Position numbers and translations under genes: made by a program | Notes under the pieces: generated by a model | Seen by the model: only the letters and a program-made list of their open reading frames with translations | The model's database searches: none | What the model was told of the DNA's origin: nothing | In this document: piece by piece, positions 28,443 through 37,815 of the stretch | How positions within the stretch are numbered: position 1 is the stretch's first letter | Layout of the letters: each line of letters begins with the position of its first letter | Origin: Myxococcota bacterium | Lineage (GTDB): Bacteria > Myxococcota_A > UBA796 > CAJQPC01 | Direction: 5' to 3' | Assembly (NCBI GenBank): GCA_036229005.1 | Contig: JAZAMN010000057.1 | Location: 45,910-109,909, forward strand | DNA: 64,000 nucleotides

Positions 28443-28808
28443 TCAGGAGGCGTCGGCCTCGAGCTGGATCTCCAGGGTCTGGCCGTCGACGTGGCAGCCG
28501 TCCTCGGTCATCTCGATGGTGAGGGTCTCCTCGGTCTCCAGGTGGCCCTCGGCGGAGGCGGTGATGACGAACTCGCCGGGCTGCTCCCAGCCGCAGACGT
28601 ACTCGCCGACGACGTCGCCGATCTGGTCGCAGGACTCGGCCTCCCCGCCGTCGACGGCGTACTGGACGGGGCCGTCGATGGGCTCGCCGTCGGCGTCGAG
28701 CAGGGTGACGCTGAGCGAAGAGCGCAGGTCGTCGGTGCAGACGAGCCCGCCTCGGGCGCAGGCGGCGAGGGTGAGGGGCAAGAGGGCGGCGATCAGGGCG
28801 CGGTGCAT
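28443..28808 (-). CDS. Lipoprotein with a carboxypeptidase-regulatory-like (prealbumin-like) domain
   Basis: LAAC lipobox; V.LLDADGEP, Y.CG.E..G.F.I.ASAEG; paralog of 30025-30399. Confidence 0.7.
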   Translation of the reverse strand: MHRALIAALLPLTLAACARGGLVCTDDLRSSLSVTLLDADGEPIDGPVQYAVDGGEAESCDQIGDVVGEYVCGWEQPGEFVITASAEGHLETEETLTIEMTEDGCHVDGQTLEIQLEADAS

Positions 28809-28967
28809 GGGGGGTCTCCGTTGGGTGCTCCGTAGCAGTGCAGTTGGCGTGCCAACAGGCGAGAAGGGCCTGCTGGTGGGGATCGTGCTCAGCCTGTCTT
28901 TGCGGGCGGGCGCAGTTCCACGACAGGGCTGTCGCGGATCTCAGCCCCGAGCGATAGGGACGAGCGC

Positions 28968-29843
28968 ATGTGGCAGATCCTGACCTCCTTGGCCCTCTGC
29001 GGAGAGCTGACGACCACCGAGCGCGCTGGACAGGCGGGCGCTGGCACCGCGAACCCCGGCGATCTGGCGGCGGGCCGGGACGTTCCGGCGGCGATGGTGC
29101 TGGACAGCGCCAAGTCCTCGCAGACGGACTTTGCTTGGAATGGCGGGTGGAACCTGGGGCTTGGCGCGATGGACAGCGAGACCAACGCGCTGGGTGCGGC
29201 GGTGGTCTACAGCCGGCGCTGGGCCGACGAGATGCCCGCAGCCGAGGACATGCCCGGCTGGGTCACGGTGGGCGAGGACGAGAACCGGGTACGGGAGAAC
29301 GCGACGCGGCTGTCCCTGGGCTACGGCTTCGGCGAGCAGGCGGTGGCGGGTCCGATGGGCGCTCGGCGGGTTCGGCGGGCGGGGCTGGGGGCCTCGGTGA
29401 TCTACGAGCACAACAGCAGCGATCTGCTGGGCAGCGAGGACCTCTACGAGCTGGACCTGTCCGCGGCGGCGCGCATCGGCCCCACGGCGGGCTTTGGCCA
29501 CGACCTGACGGTGGCGGTGGCGGTGCGGGACCTGCTGCCGAACCAGGCCCGGCCGGTGAGCGGTCAGGCGGGGGTCTATTGGCGGCCGCTCCCGCCGATC
29601 TCGGTGTCGGCGGATGCGCTCTACGACCCGGATGCTGGGCGGACCTGGGGCGGCCGGGGCGGCGCACAGCTCCTGCTGAACCAGACGGTCTCCCTGACGG
29701 CCGGCTACGCAAACCAGGGCCAGCACCAGGTGGGGGCGGGCCTGGGAGCGCACGGCCAGGGCTTCAAGCTGCACGCCGCGGCGATGTGGACGCCGGCGAC
29801 GCAGAGCTGGCTGTACACGGCGGGGCTGGTGACCCCGCTCTAG
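28968..29843 (+). CDS. Putative outer-membrane beta-barrel protein
   Basis: N-terminal hydrophobic leader, alternating amphipathic Gly/aromatic strands and an NPG motif near the N-terminus. Confidence 0.55.
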   Translation: MWQILTSLALCGELTTTERAGQAGAGTANPGDLAAGRDVPAAMVLDSAKSSQTDFAWNGGWNLGLGAMDSETNALGAAVVYSRRWADEMPAAEDMPGWVTVGEDENRVRENATRLSLGYGFGEQAVAGPMGARRVRRAGLGASVIYEHNSSDLLGSEDLYELDLSAAARIGPTAGFGHDLTVAVAVRDLLPNQARPVSGQAGVYWRPLPPISVSADALYDPDAGRTWGGRGGAQLLLNQTVSLTAGYANQGQHQVGAGLGAHGQGFKLHAAAMWTPATQSWLYTAGLVTPL

Positions 29844-30021
29844 TTCTCCGAGTCACGCGTTCCGACACCCTTCGAGTGTCGGAACACGTGCTGCAGAGAA
29901 CTGTTGCCTTCTCCGGGGACACCCCCGGAAATGCGCCTGGCGGCGCAACCCCCGCGGGTCCACTTGGACCCGGGTTCTGCCGGACGGTCTACAGGCTTGT
30001 CAATTCGGACCGGCAGAACCA
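29842..30021 (-). other. Highly structured intergenic segment (candidate ncRNA or bidirectional terminator complex)
   Basis: About five hairpins filling 180 bp, including a 15-bp stem 29854-29868/29876-29890 and GGTTCTGCCGG/CCGGCAGAACC. Confidence 0.4.
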
Positions 30022-30024
30022 GGG

Positions 30025-30399
30025 CTACTCGGCCTCGAGCTGCAGCTCGACGGACTCGGTGATGGGCATGCACTGGCCGCGGTACTCCTCGTCCAGGGCG
30101 ACCTCGACCTCCTGCTCCTGGGTCACGTAGCCGTCGGCGCTGGCGCGCACCGCGTAGCTGCCGGTGTGCTCCCGGCCGCAGATGTAGGCGCCGAGGGTGT
30201 CGCCGTCCTCTTCGCAGGCTTCCCATCCGTCGGGGTCGATGTCGGGGCGGCTGTACTCCACGACGGCATCCATGGGCTCACCGTCGGGGTCCAGGACCTG
30301 TACCTCCACCGCAGGAGCCTCCATGCAGTCGACGTCCTGGCAGGCCACGAGGGCGAGCAGCGCGAGGGGGGCGAGGGCGAGCAGACGACGGGCGGTCAT
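30025..30399 (-). CDS. Lipoprotein with a carboxypeptidase-regulatory-like domain
   Basis: LVAC lipobox; V.VLDPDGEP, YICG.E..GSY.V.ASADG; GGAG RBS; paralog of 28443-28808. Confidence 0.7.
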   Translation of the reverse strand: MTARRLLALAPLALLALVACQDVDCMEAPAVEVQVLDPDGEPMDAVVEYSRPDIDPDGWEACEEDGDTLGAYICGREHTGSYAVRASADGYVTQEQEVEVALDEEYRGQCMPITESVELQLEAE

Positions 30400-30570
30400 T
30401 GGGGTCTCCATGTGTGCACTCAGGAGAACCCGCAGGCGCCGGGGTGGCGACGGCGAAGATGTGACCCTGTGTGACGGCGGGCTCAGGGCTGAGCCGGCAG
30501 GCACCGGGTTGGGTTGGGCCTGAATGGAGCCGGGCTTGGGGCTTGGGTTGGCCTGAAGGCCCCTCTGAAC

Positions 30571-30771
30571 CCTGGCTACGGGGTGTCAATGAGCGCTGTT
30601 CTGAGGCTACGCCCCACCGGTGAGCGCTGGAGCGACCGATCTGGGCTGGGAGCGCGCCTGATGGCCCTTTTCCGGGCGATTTTGGGCACTTTTGGGGGGT
30701 CTGGGAGGGGAAAAGCGCTCACCGGTCAGGCGTAGCCTCAGCGCGTCGCTCATTCAGCCCCGGTAGCCAGG
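30571..30771. repeat. Palindromic interspersed element, family A (GGCTAC/GTAGCC arms built of 31-bp units)
   Basis: Terminal IR CCTGGCTAC/GTAGCCAGG; inner IR CTGAGGCTACG..ACCGGTGAGCGCT; copies at 37795, 48898 and 60636. Confidence 0.8.
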
Positions 30772-30780
30772 GGTGGGCGC

Positions 30781-32763
30781 TCACTGGGAGCGCTTAGCCC
30801 CACCCACTCGCTCCTCGAGCGCCCGCCGCTGCGTGCTCAACAACCCCTCCCCCAGGGAGTCCAGGGCCGCCTGCTGCCGAACCTTCCAGGGCTCACCGCC
30901 GGGCATCTGGGCCAGCACGGCGCAGGCCAAGGCCTGCTCCGGGCACCGGCGCATCGCCATCTCCTCCACCAGCGAGGTGCGGCGGTCCAGCCCCGCACGC
31001 AGCAGCGCCAGCGCCCGAAGCTGCGCGAGCGCCGGGGGCAGCGCATGGGGGACCCGCGCGACCAGCGCTGCCACGTGCGCAGGATCGGAGCTCCACATCG
31101 CCAGCTCCAGGGTGGCCTCGGTGACCACGGAGACCTCACCGACCTCAGCGAGCCGGTCCAGGGCCTCCTGGGCCTCCGACAGGGGGAGCGCCCCCCCCTC
31201 CAGCAGGCTGCAGGCCCGGTTGAACGCCGAGCGAAGGGCCATGTGCGGGCGGCCCGTGGCCCGGTGGACCTCGACCGCGCGCCCAAAGGCCTCGGCGGCC
31301 TCCTCCCAGCGCCCGCAGGCGCGCTCCACCTCGGCGCGGGTGTCCCAGGCATAGGCCAGTCGCGCGCCGGGATGCTCCAGCCCGCGCGCCAGGTTCAGCG
31401 CCTCGCTGGCCTCGCGGCGGGCCTGGCCCAGCTCCCCCTGGCGGCGCAGACAGTGACTCCGGTTGGCCCGCGCCAGCGACTCCCAGTCCGCGCGCCCCAG
31501 CTCACCGAACAGCAGCGCCGCCTCTCCAAAGCGCTTGCCCGCAGCTTCGACCCGCCCCAGTCGCTGCAGATCTCCACCCAGGTTGTTCAGCGCCGCGGCC
31601 GACGCCAGCAGCTCACCCTGCTCCCGGGCCAGACGAAGCGCCTCCCGGTGATGCTCCACCGCAGACTCCAGCGCCCCTCGCTTGCCCGCGATCGCCCCCA
31701 GCGTGGCGTGCGCGATGCGGCGCGCCCACGGGTCGCCCGTGCGGGAGGCCTCCTCCAGGTGGGGCTCCGCCTCCTGCAGCGCACCGCTCAAGAACAGCAC
31801 CTGCCCCAGCACCGGCTGGACCAGCGCCACCAGGGTCTCCAGTCCGTGCTCCCGCGCCGTGCGCAGCGCCTCTTCGGCGGCGTCCTGGGCCTCGTCGAAG
31901 GCCCCCCGGGTCAGGCAGGCCTTGCCTCGGCCCAGAGCCGCCAGACACACCGCCTCTGGGTCCTGCGTCCGCAGCGCCAAGCCCTCGAGCCAAGCCTGCC
32001 CCGCGTCGGGATCGGCCTCCGCCCAGGCCAGCGCCAGGCGCCGCCGAAGCCCCAGGCTCGCCGCAGCCTGCGCAGCCAGCGAGAGGCGCCCCGCCTTCTC
32101 CCAGGCCAGCGCCGCGCAGTCCCCCTGACCCGCCGCCTCCCAGAGGGCCGCCGCGGAAGCCGGATCACTCTGCTCCCAGGCCCGAGCCACCCGCGCCTGC
32201 AGCCCCGCGAGCTCCAGCGGGCGGAGGGTCACCGCCGGGAGCTCCTGCTCCAGCGCCGCCCCGAGCGCAGCCGGGTCGCACTCCAGGACCCGGGCGAGCA
32301 CCTCCAGCGGGGGCTCACACACCTCCAGGATCCGGGCCAGACGCCGCCGGAGATCCTGCGTCTGCTCCTGCCGAAGCAGCGAGTCCAGCCGGAGTTCATG
32401 CCGGGAGAGCAGATCGTCCATCGCGACGGTCGTGCCCAGCAGCTCCTCGCAGAAGGGCAGATCTGTGCCGGTGTCCGAGGGCTCCGGGGGCAAGATGGTG
32501 GGGTCGATCACCTGGAGGTGGGCCTCACTCACCTCGAGCCAAGACTCCGATCCCGCGAGCTGCCGGAGCTGGTAGATGGCTTGCCGCAGGTTGCGCAGCC
32601 GACCGGGACCCCAGAGCAGCTCGGCGAGCTCCTCCCGGCGCATGGGGCGGGCCTCCAGCGCCAGCGCGACCAGCAGACAGCGGGCCTTGTGGGAGCGGAG
32701 CTGCAGCGCGTGCTCCCCCCAGGCGAGCTGGAGGGGGCCGTGGAGGACCAGGGTGAGGGACAT
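30781..32763 (-). CDS. SARP/BTAD-like winged-helix regulator with TPR repeats
   Basis: L.LHGP...LRS.KA..LL..LAL....RREELAELLW...NLRQAIYQLR, followed by TPR-like helices (ALNNLG, ARANR). Confidence 0.7.
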   Translation of the reverse strand: MSLTLVLHGPLQLAWGEHALQLRSHKARCLLVALALEARPMRREELAELLWGPGRLRNLRQAIYQLRQLAGSESWLEVSEAHLQVIDPTILPPEPSDTGTDLPFCEELLGTTVAMDDLLSRHELRLDSLLRQEQTQDLRRRLARILEVCEPPLEVLARVLECDPAALGAALEQELPAVTLRPLELAGLQARVARAWEQSDPASAAALWEAAGQGDCAALAWEKAGRLSLAAQAAASLGLRRRLALAWAEADPDAGQAWLEGLALRTQDPEAVCLAALGRGKACLTRGAFDEAQDAAEEALRTAREHGLETLVALVQPVLGQVLFLSGALQEAEPHLEEASRTGDPWARRIAHATLGAIAGKRGALESAVEHHREALRLAREQGELLASAAALNNLGGDLQRLGRVEAAGKRFGEAALLFGELGRADWESLARANRSHCLRRQGELGQARREASEALNLARGLEHPGARLAYAWDTRAEVERACGRWEEAAEAFGRAVEVHRATGRPHMALRSAFNRACSLLEGGALPLSEAQEALDRLAEVGEVSVVTEATLELAMWSSDPAHVAALVARVPHALPPALAQLRALALLRAGLDRRTSLVEEMAMRRCPEQALACAVLAQMPGGEPWKVRQQAALDSLGEGLLSTQRRALEERVGGAKRSQ

Positions 32764-32825
32764 GCCCCCAACCTCTAGCGCGAGGCGGGGGCGGGCGCCG
32801 CTTCACCCACTTTCGGGCGAGACTT

Positions 32826-34016
32826 TCAGTCGCGGGCGTCCAGCAGATCGCCGCCCGCGTTGTCCGCGTAGGTGACGTTCACCGGGGTGAAGCTCACCTC
32901 GCCCAGGTCGTCGTCCAGCAGCACGCCCACGTCGGCGCTGCCGGCGATCAGCACGTTCTCGGCGCTCAGCGAGGCCTTGCCGTAGCCCAGGGTCAGGTTG
33001 GCGCCGCGCTCCTCCCAGGTCCAGGGGGCGTCGCCGCCGTTCCGGATCTCGACGTTCTCAAAGTGGTTGGAGGGGGTGCTGGTGGAGATGCACACGCCCG
33101 ACCACGCGCCAGCGACGTCGAGCACGCCGCGGAGCAGGATGGGGGCGTCCTGGGTGCCGTTGAGGGCCAGGCTGCCGGTGGTGTCGCCGTAGTCGGCGGT
33201 GGACAGGCCGGTGTTCTCGGGGAAGCGCAGCTCCATGCCCGGGCCGACGCTCAGGGCGGACTTGGCGACCACGCTGCTCTGGAAGACCAGGGGCACCGGG
33301 ATGTCGGACCAGTCGTGCTCGCCCTCCAGGTCCTTGTTGGAGTTGGAGATGTAGACCTCGACGCCGGGGCTTCCGACCTCGGTCGCGGCGTAGCCGTCGA
33401 AGTCGATCCCGCTCACAAAGTGGCCCTCCGTCACGATGGAGGCGCCCTCCAGGCCGCTGAACGCCAGGCCCGGGCCGAACTCGCCGGGGTTCCGGTCGGC
33501 GTGCCCGTAGATGCCCAGGCCGATGCCGCCGCCGTTGCGGATCTCCAGGTTCTGGTAGGCGCCGTCGCTGTCCCCCCAGAGCACCAGCGAGGCCGCGTCG
33601 TCAAAGTAGATCATCGCGCCATCGCCCGCGCCGTCGATCACCGCGTGGCTGAACTCGGTCAGGCTGCTGGGGGCGTCGTTCTGGATGCCCTTCCAGGTGG
33701 GGCGGTCGGGGTTGGTGCCCTGGAGCACCACCGGCAGCTCTTCCGTGCCCGCCGCGATCAGCGCGCCGTCAAAGCCGATGAACACCGTCGCGCCGTCGGG
33801 GATCTCCACGGTGACGCCGGGCTCCAGGGTGACGCTGCCGTCCCAGATCTCCCAGCTATCGCAGCCCTCCTCCAGCACGTAGTCCACGCCATCGCCCAGG
33901 TCGGGGTAGGTGACATCGGCCTCGGGGGAGCAGGCGATCACGCCCTCGGGGCCGTCATCAACGACCACACAGGCGGACAGGGACAGGAGAGCAGACAGGG
34001 CAAGCAACGAGCGCAT
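32826..34016 (-). CDS. Lipoprotein with beta-helix-like repeats
   Basis: LSAC lipobox; repeated L.L.PGV.....G.L.A.GT...P....G.....W.GI modules. Confidence 0.7.
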   Translation of the reverse strand: MRSLLALSALLSLSACVVVDDGPEGVIACSPEADVTYPDLGDGVDYVLEEGCDSWEIWDGSVTLEPGVTVEIPDGATVFIGFDGALIAAGTEELPVVLQGTNPDRPTWKGIQNDAPSSLTEFSHAVIDGAGDGAMIYFDDAASLVLWGDSDGAYQNLEIRNGGGIGLGIYGHADRNPGEFGPGLAFSGLEGASIVTEGHFVSGIDFDGYAATEVGSPGVEVYISNSNKDLEGEHDWSDIPVPLVFQSSVVAKSALSVGPGMELRFPENTGLSTADYGDTTGSLALNGTQDAPILLRGVLDVAGAWSGVCISTSTPSNHFENVEIRNGGDAPWTWEERGANLTLGYGKASLSAENVLIAGSADVGVLLDDDLGEVSFTPVNVTYADNAGGDLLDARD

Positions 34017-34100
34017 GGGAACCTCCGTTGGGGTGCTCCCAGCTTCATCCGCTGGCGTCAACGGAGCGTCATTGCAGAAATGACGGGCCCGCCGAGCAAT

Positions 34101-34144
34101 AATGTTTCCCCTCGCAACATATTAAAGTTGCACACCGCATCATT
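34101..34144 (+). promoter_or_regulatory. Two tandem 21-bp palindromes, putative NrtR operators
   Basis: AATGTTTC-CCCTC-GCAACATA (34101-34121) and AAAGTTGC-ACACC-GCATCATT (34124-34144), consensus AATGTTGC-N5-GCAACATT. AT-rich patch directly before the GGAGG RBS of the NAD-salvage operon. Confidence 0.7.
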
Positions 34145-34153
34145 GGAGGCCTC

Positions 34154-35653
34154 GTGGACCTGATCGCCCTGGCACCCGCCCGCCCCTCGGCCCTGTGGAC
34201 CGACCGCTACAAGCTGCTGATGGCCGAAGCCGGCTTCGCGATCCGCCCCGAGCGCTTTGTCCTCAGCTTCCGCCGCGGCGGCCCCACCTACGTCCCCCTG
34301 GACCTCGCCGCCTGGGTCCAGGCCCTGCGCCCAACGCCCCCCACCGCCGCCGAACTGGACTGGGTCGCCACCGAGAACGGCCTCCCAATGGGCCCGGGCT
34401 ACCGGCACGCGCTGCAGAAGGGGGAGCTGGAGGTGAGCTCTGCGCCCGCCGGGAGCTGGGTGGCCCAACACGAACCCCTCTGTGTGGTCTCGGGCCCCTC
34501 GGCGCTCGTGTCCACCGTCGAGGCCACCCTGATCGGAACCACCGCCTTCCTCCTGCAGGTCGCCACCCTGGGCAAGAAGGCCGTCATGGGCCTGCTCTCG
34601 CGGGAGGATCTACAGCGCCGCCTGGGCCGCGTGAGCTGCGACCAGGAGCGGGAGATCGTGGGCACCGTCCTGGAGTCCGTGGGCGCCCCCGCTGTGAAGA
34701 TCCAGGTCGAATCCGAGGCCTACCAGGAGTCCGTGGCCGCCCGCGCCCACACCCTGGTTCAGCAGGTCGAGGGCGGCCGCATCGCCGAGGGGGGCCTGCG
34801 CTCCGCGACCTGCCCCGAGCAGCACCGCCTGGCCGTCGAGGCGGCCGCTCAGGGTGGCATCAGGGCGACCTCCAACGTGCAACTGGCCCGGGAGCTCGGG
34901 CTGCGCGCGGTCGGCACCACCGGCCACGAGCACTGCCAGCGGCACTTCTCCGACCTGGCCGCCTTCGAGGCCGCCGCCGACCGCATCCCCGGAGACGTCA
35001 CGCTGCTGCTGGACACCTACGACACCCTCAGCAGCGGCATCCCCCGTGCCCTGGAGGTGATGGAGCGCTGGCGCGGCCGCACCCTGAGCGCCCGCCCCGA
35101 CAACGAGTCCACCCAGGAGCGCGACGTGCGCGCGATGGTCCAGGGCATGGCCGAGCGCGGCCTGGACGGCGGGATCGCCCTGTCCGGGGGCTTCGACGCC
35201 GAGCGCACCGCCCGCTTCGAGGCCCTGCGCCGCGAGCTGGGCCGCCCGGCCCACAGCTTCTCCTACCTCTACGGCAGCCACCTGGTGCGCACGCACATCC
35301 CCGAGCTGCCCACGCGCTCCGACGCCAGCGCGGTCTTCAAGCTCTGCGAGAGCGCGGGCCGCCCCACCATGAAGCTCTCCTCGCTGGCCGGCGGGGCCCC
35401 CGGCCCCAAGTCCTCCAAGCCCGGCCGGCCCACGATCTTCCGCGCCCAGGTGCTGGACGGCAGCCGCCCCCCCAGCCTGATCGGCCAGCACGGCGAGACC
35501 CCACCCGCCGGCTACGCGCCCCTCCAGGCCCGCGAGCTGAGCGCCGCCGAGCTGCAGGTGCTCGCCCAGGGGTCCCAGGACAGCGCCAGGACGACCTCGC
35601 TGGTGAAGAGGTGTCTGTCCGAGCGCGCAGCGTCCATCCAAGCTCAAGGTTGA
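34154..35653 (+). CDS. pncB: Nicotinate phosphoribosyltransferase-like protein (divergent)
   Basis: TDRYK, F.FRR, ATSNV, GTTGHE (phospho-His position), LLDTYD, SGG, VFKL and MKLS...KPG. Confidence 0.75.
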   Translation: MDLIALAPARPSALWTDRYKLLMAEAGFAIRPERFVLSFRRGGPTYVPLDLAAWVQALRPTPPTAAELDWVATENGLPMGPGYRHALQKGELEVSSAPAGSWVAQHEPLCVVSGPSALVSTVEATLIGTTAFLLQVATLGKKAVMGLLSREDLQRRLGRVSCDQEREIVGTVLESVGAPAVKIQVESEAYQESVAARAHTLVQQVEGGRIAEGGLRSATCPEQHRLAVEAAAQGGIRATSNVQLARELGLRAVGTTGHEHCQRHFSDLAAFEAAADRIPGDVTLLLDTYDTLSSGIPRALEVMERWRGRTLSARPDNESTQERDVRAMVQGMAERGLDGGIALSGGFDAERTARFEALRRELGRPAHSFSYLYGSHLVRTHIPELPTRSDASAVFKLCESAGRPTMKLSSLAGGAPGPKSSKPGRPTIFRAQVLDGSRPPSLIGQHGETPPAGYAPLQARELSAAELQVLAQGSQDSARTTSLVKRCLSERAASIQAQG

Positions 35654-35656
35654 ACC

Positions 35657-36703
35657 ATGATCCTCCCCGACTTCATCCAGCCCTTCCTCTCCCGACCTGA
35701 GCTCGGCGGCGCCCTCTACGCCACCCGAGAGGAGGCCGTCGCCGCACAGGCCCGCGCCCACCGCGACGCCCACGGGATCCGCCCTGCCAGCAGCGACCGG
35801 GAGCGCGTGATCGCCGTCCCCATCGACGTGCAGGTGGGCTTCTGCATGGACCCGGCCTTCGCGCCTCCGCTGCCCTTCCCCACCGGCGGCGGCAGCCTGC
35901 ACGTGCCCAGCTCCGGCGCCGACACCACCCGCGCGGCCGCCTTCATGCTGCGCAACCTGGAGCGCATCACCGCGATCCGCCCCAGCCTGGACACGCACCG
36001 GGTGCACCAGGTCTTCCACGCGGACTTCTGGCGGGACGAGACCGGCGCGCCCCCGCCGCCCTTCACGGTCATGGAGGTCCAAGGTGAATCCGTGCTCGGC
36101 CGCCTGCCCGACGGCTCGGCCCGCCCCTTCGCCGCCCGCCTGGACCCCGCCCTGGGCCTGGCCTACTGCCGCGCGCTGGCCGAGCAGGGCGCCGCCCCCC
36201 TGAGCATCTGGCCCTACCACTGCCGCCTGGGCTCCACCCACCACGCCCTGATGCCCCTGCTCAGCGAGCTCCAGCTCTTCTGGGCCATCGCCCGCCAGGC
36301 CGCCGACCCCGTGGACCTCAAGGGCCAGCAGACCTGGACCGAGTCCTACGGCATCGTCGGCGACGAGGTCGAGTCCCTGGCCGGCCAGCGCGTCGGGGAC
36401 AGCGAGCGCCCCGGCTACATCAACGCCCTGCTGCACTACGACCGCGTCGTGCTCTTTGGGCAGGCCCTCTCCCACTGTGTGCGCGCCACCGTCGACCAGA
36501 TCGCCGCCGCCTTCACCGCCCGCGGCGCCGCCCTCTCCCGCCTGGTCTTACTCCAGGACTGCTGCAGCCCCGTCCCCGCCATCCCCGGCTTCGAGCAGGA
36601 CCCCGACAGCCCCCTCAACTTCCCCGCGGTCGGCCGAGCCGCTCTGGACCGCTGGCGCGCGCAGGGCATCCAGGTCATCGACAGCACCCAGGACCTGCCG
36701 TGA
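35657..36703 (+). CDS. pncA: Nicotinamidase / isochorismatase-family cysteine hydrolase
   Basis: IDVQ..FC, SLDTH...QVFH, IWPYHC, KG...TESYG and GQALSHCV (D-K-C triad). Confidence 0.75.
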   Translation: MILPDFIQPFLSRPELGGALYATREEAVAAQARAHRDAHGIRPASSDRERVIAVPIDVQVGFCMDPAFAPPLPFPTGGGSLHVPSSGADTTRAAAFMLRNLERITAIRPSLDTHRVHQVFHADFWRDETGAPPPPFTVMEVQGESVLGRLPDGSARPFAARLDPALGLAYCRALAEQGAAPLSIWPYHCRLGSTHHALMPLLSELQLFWAIARQAADPVDLKGQQTWTESYGIVGDEVESLAGQRVGDSERPGYINALLHYDRVVLFGQALSHCVRATVDQIAAAFTARGAALSRLVLLQDCCSPVPAIPGFEQDPDSPLNFPAVGRAALDRWRAQGIQVIDSTQDLP

Positions 36704-37419
36704 TCTGGGACCACCCCCAGCCGGCGGTGGGCGTGGATCTGGTGCTCCTCTCTCTGGGGGGCGAGGGGCTGGAGGTCCTGCTCCGTCAGCGCGCGACCCC
36801 ACCCTTTGACGGCCAGCTCGCCCTCCCAGGGGGCATCGCCCGATCCCCAAGCGAGGTCACCCTGGCGCAGGCCGCTGCGCGGGGCCTGGACCTGAACCTG
36901 GGCAGCAGCGAGACCTGGGAGGGCATCCCCACCGAGCGCTGGGACCCCGACCTGGAAGCCGCCGCCCGCCGCGTGGCCCGCGAGTCGGTCGGCCTGGAGA
37001 GGCTGTGGCTGGAGCAGCTCTACACCTTCTCCGCGCTGGGCCGGGACCCCCGCGGGCCGGTGATCTCCGTGGCCTGGCTGGGGCTGCTGGCGCCCACCGA
37101 GCGCGCCTGCGCGCAGGGCCAATGGATCCCCTGGGACTCGTCGTTGTCGATCGCTTTTGACCACAACCAGATCCTGGATACCGCCCGCGAGCGCCTGCGC
37201 GGGAAGGTCGACTACGTGCCCGATCTCGCCCCCCGCCTGCTGGCCGCGCCCTTCACCGCCGCTGAGCTCCGGGCCGCCCACGCGGCGATCCTGGGCCAGG
37301 TGCCCAACCGCGGCAGCATCTTCCGCCGCTTGGGTCGCTGGGTCGAAGACGGCGTGCTCACCCAGGTCGGCGAGCGCGCGACAGGCAGGCGACCGGCCAA
37401 GCTGTACGCTCTGGCCTGA
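36700..37419 (+). CDS. nrtR: NrtR-type Nudix-domain / winged-helix transcriptional regulator
   Basis: VDLVLL...LEVLL..R...P..G..ALPGG, LEQLYTF...RDPR, AFDH..IL, FT..EL...H and C-terminal RPAKLY. Confidence 0.85.
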   Translation: MIWDHPQPAVGVDLVLLSLGGEGLEVLLRQRATPPFDGQLALPGGIARSPSEVTLAQAAARGLDLNLGSSETWEGIPTERWDPDLEAAARRVARESVGLERLWLEQLYTFSALGRDPRGPVISVAWLGLLAPTERACAQGQWIPWDSSLSIAFDHNQILDTARERLRGKVDYVPDLAPRLLAAPFTAAELRAAHAAILGQVPNRGSIFRRLGRWVEDGVLTQVGERATGRRPAKLYALA

Positions 37420-37431
37420 CAGGAGGAACTC

Positions 37432-37815
37432 ATGTTCCAAGGCATCGACCACTACGTGATCTTCGTGACCGATCTGGCTGCCTCGCGCGCCTGGTACGAG
37501 CGCTTGGGCCTGCTCTACGCCCACGGCGGGGAGCACGGGCACTTCTTCTCCCTGCCCGCCGGCGGTCTGCTCATGCTCCACCCAGCCAAGGACGGCCCCG
37601 CCGGCAGCATCCCCCAGCTCTACCTCAGCGTCGGGGACGTCCACGCCGCGCTCACCCAGCACCGTCAGGCCGGCATGGAAGCCTTCTCCGAGAACGGGAG
37701 CGGCGCGCTGCCGGCGCAGACCCCGTGGGGCAGCACCGAGTACAACCTGCGGGACCCGGATGGGCACGTCTGGGGAATCGTGCAGGCACGCGGCGGAGCT
37801 ACGCCCTCCGAGTGA
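37432..37815 (+). CDS. VOC / glyoxalase family protein
   Basis: IDH..IFV.DL..SR.WY..LG and PWG......DPDGH; AGGAGG RBS. Confidence 0.85.
   Translation: MFQGIDHYVIFVTDLAASRAWYERLGLLYAHGGEHGHFFSLPAGGLLMLHPAKDGPAGSIPQLYLSVGDVHAALTQHRQAGMEAFSENGSGALPAQTPWGSTEYNLRDPDGHVWGIVQARGGATPSE

Noticed and set aside
30781..32763. STAND/NLR-like defence ATPase
   Set aside because: No Walker A/B motifs lie between the winged-helix region and the TPRs; it is treated as a regulator.
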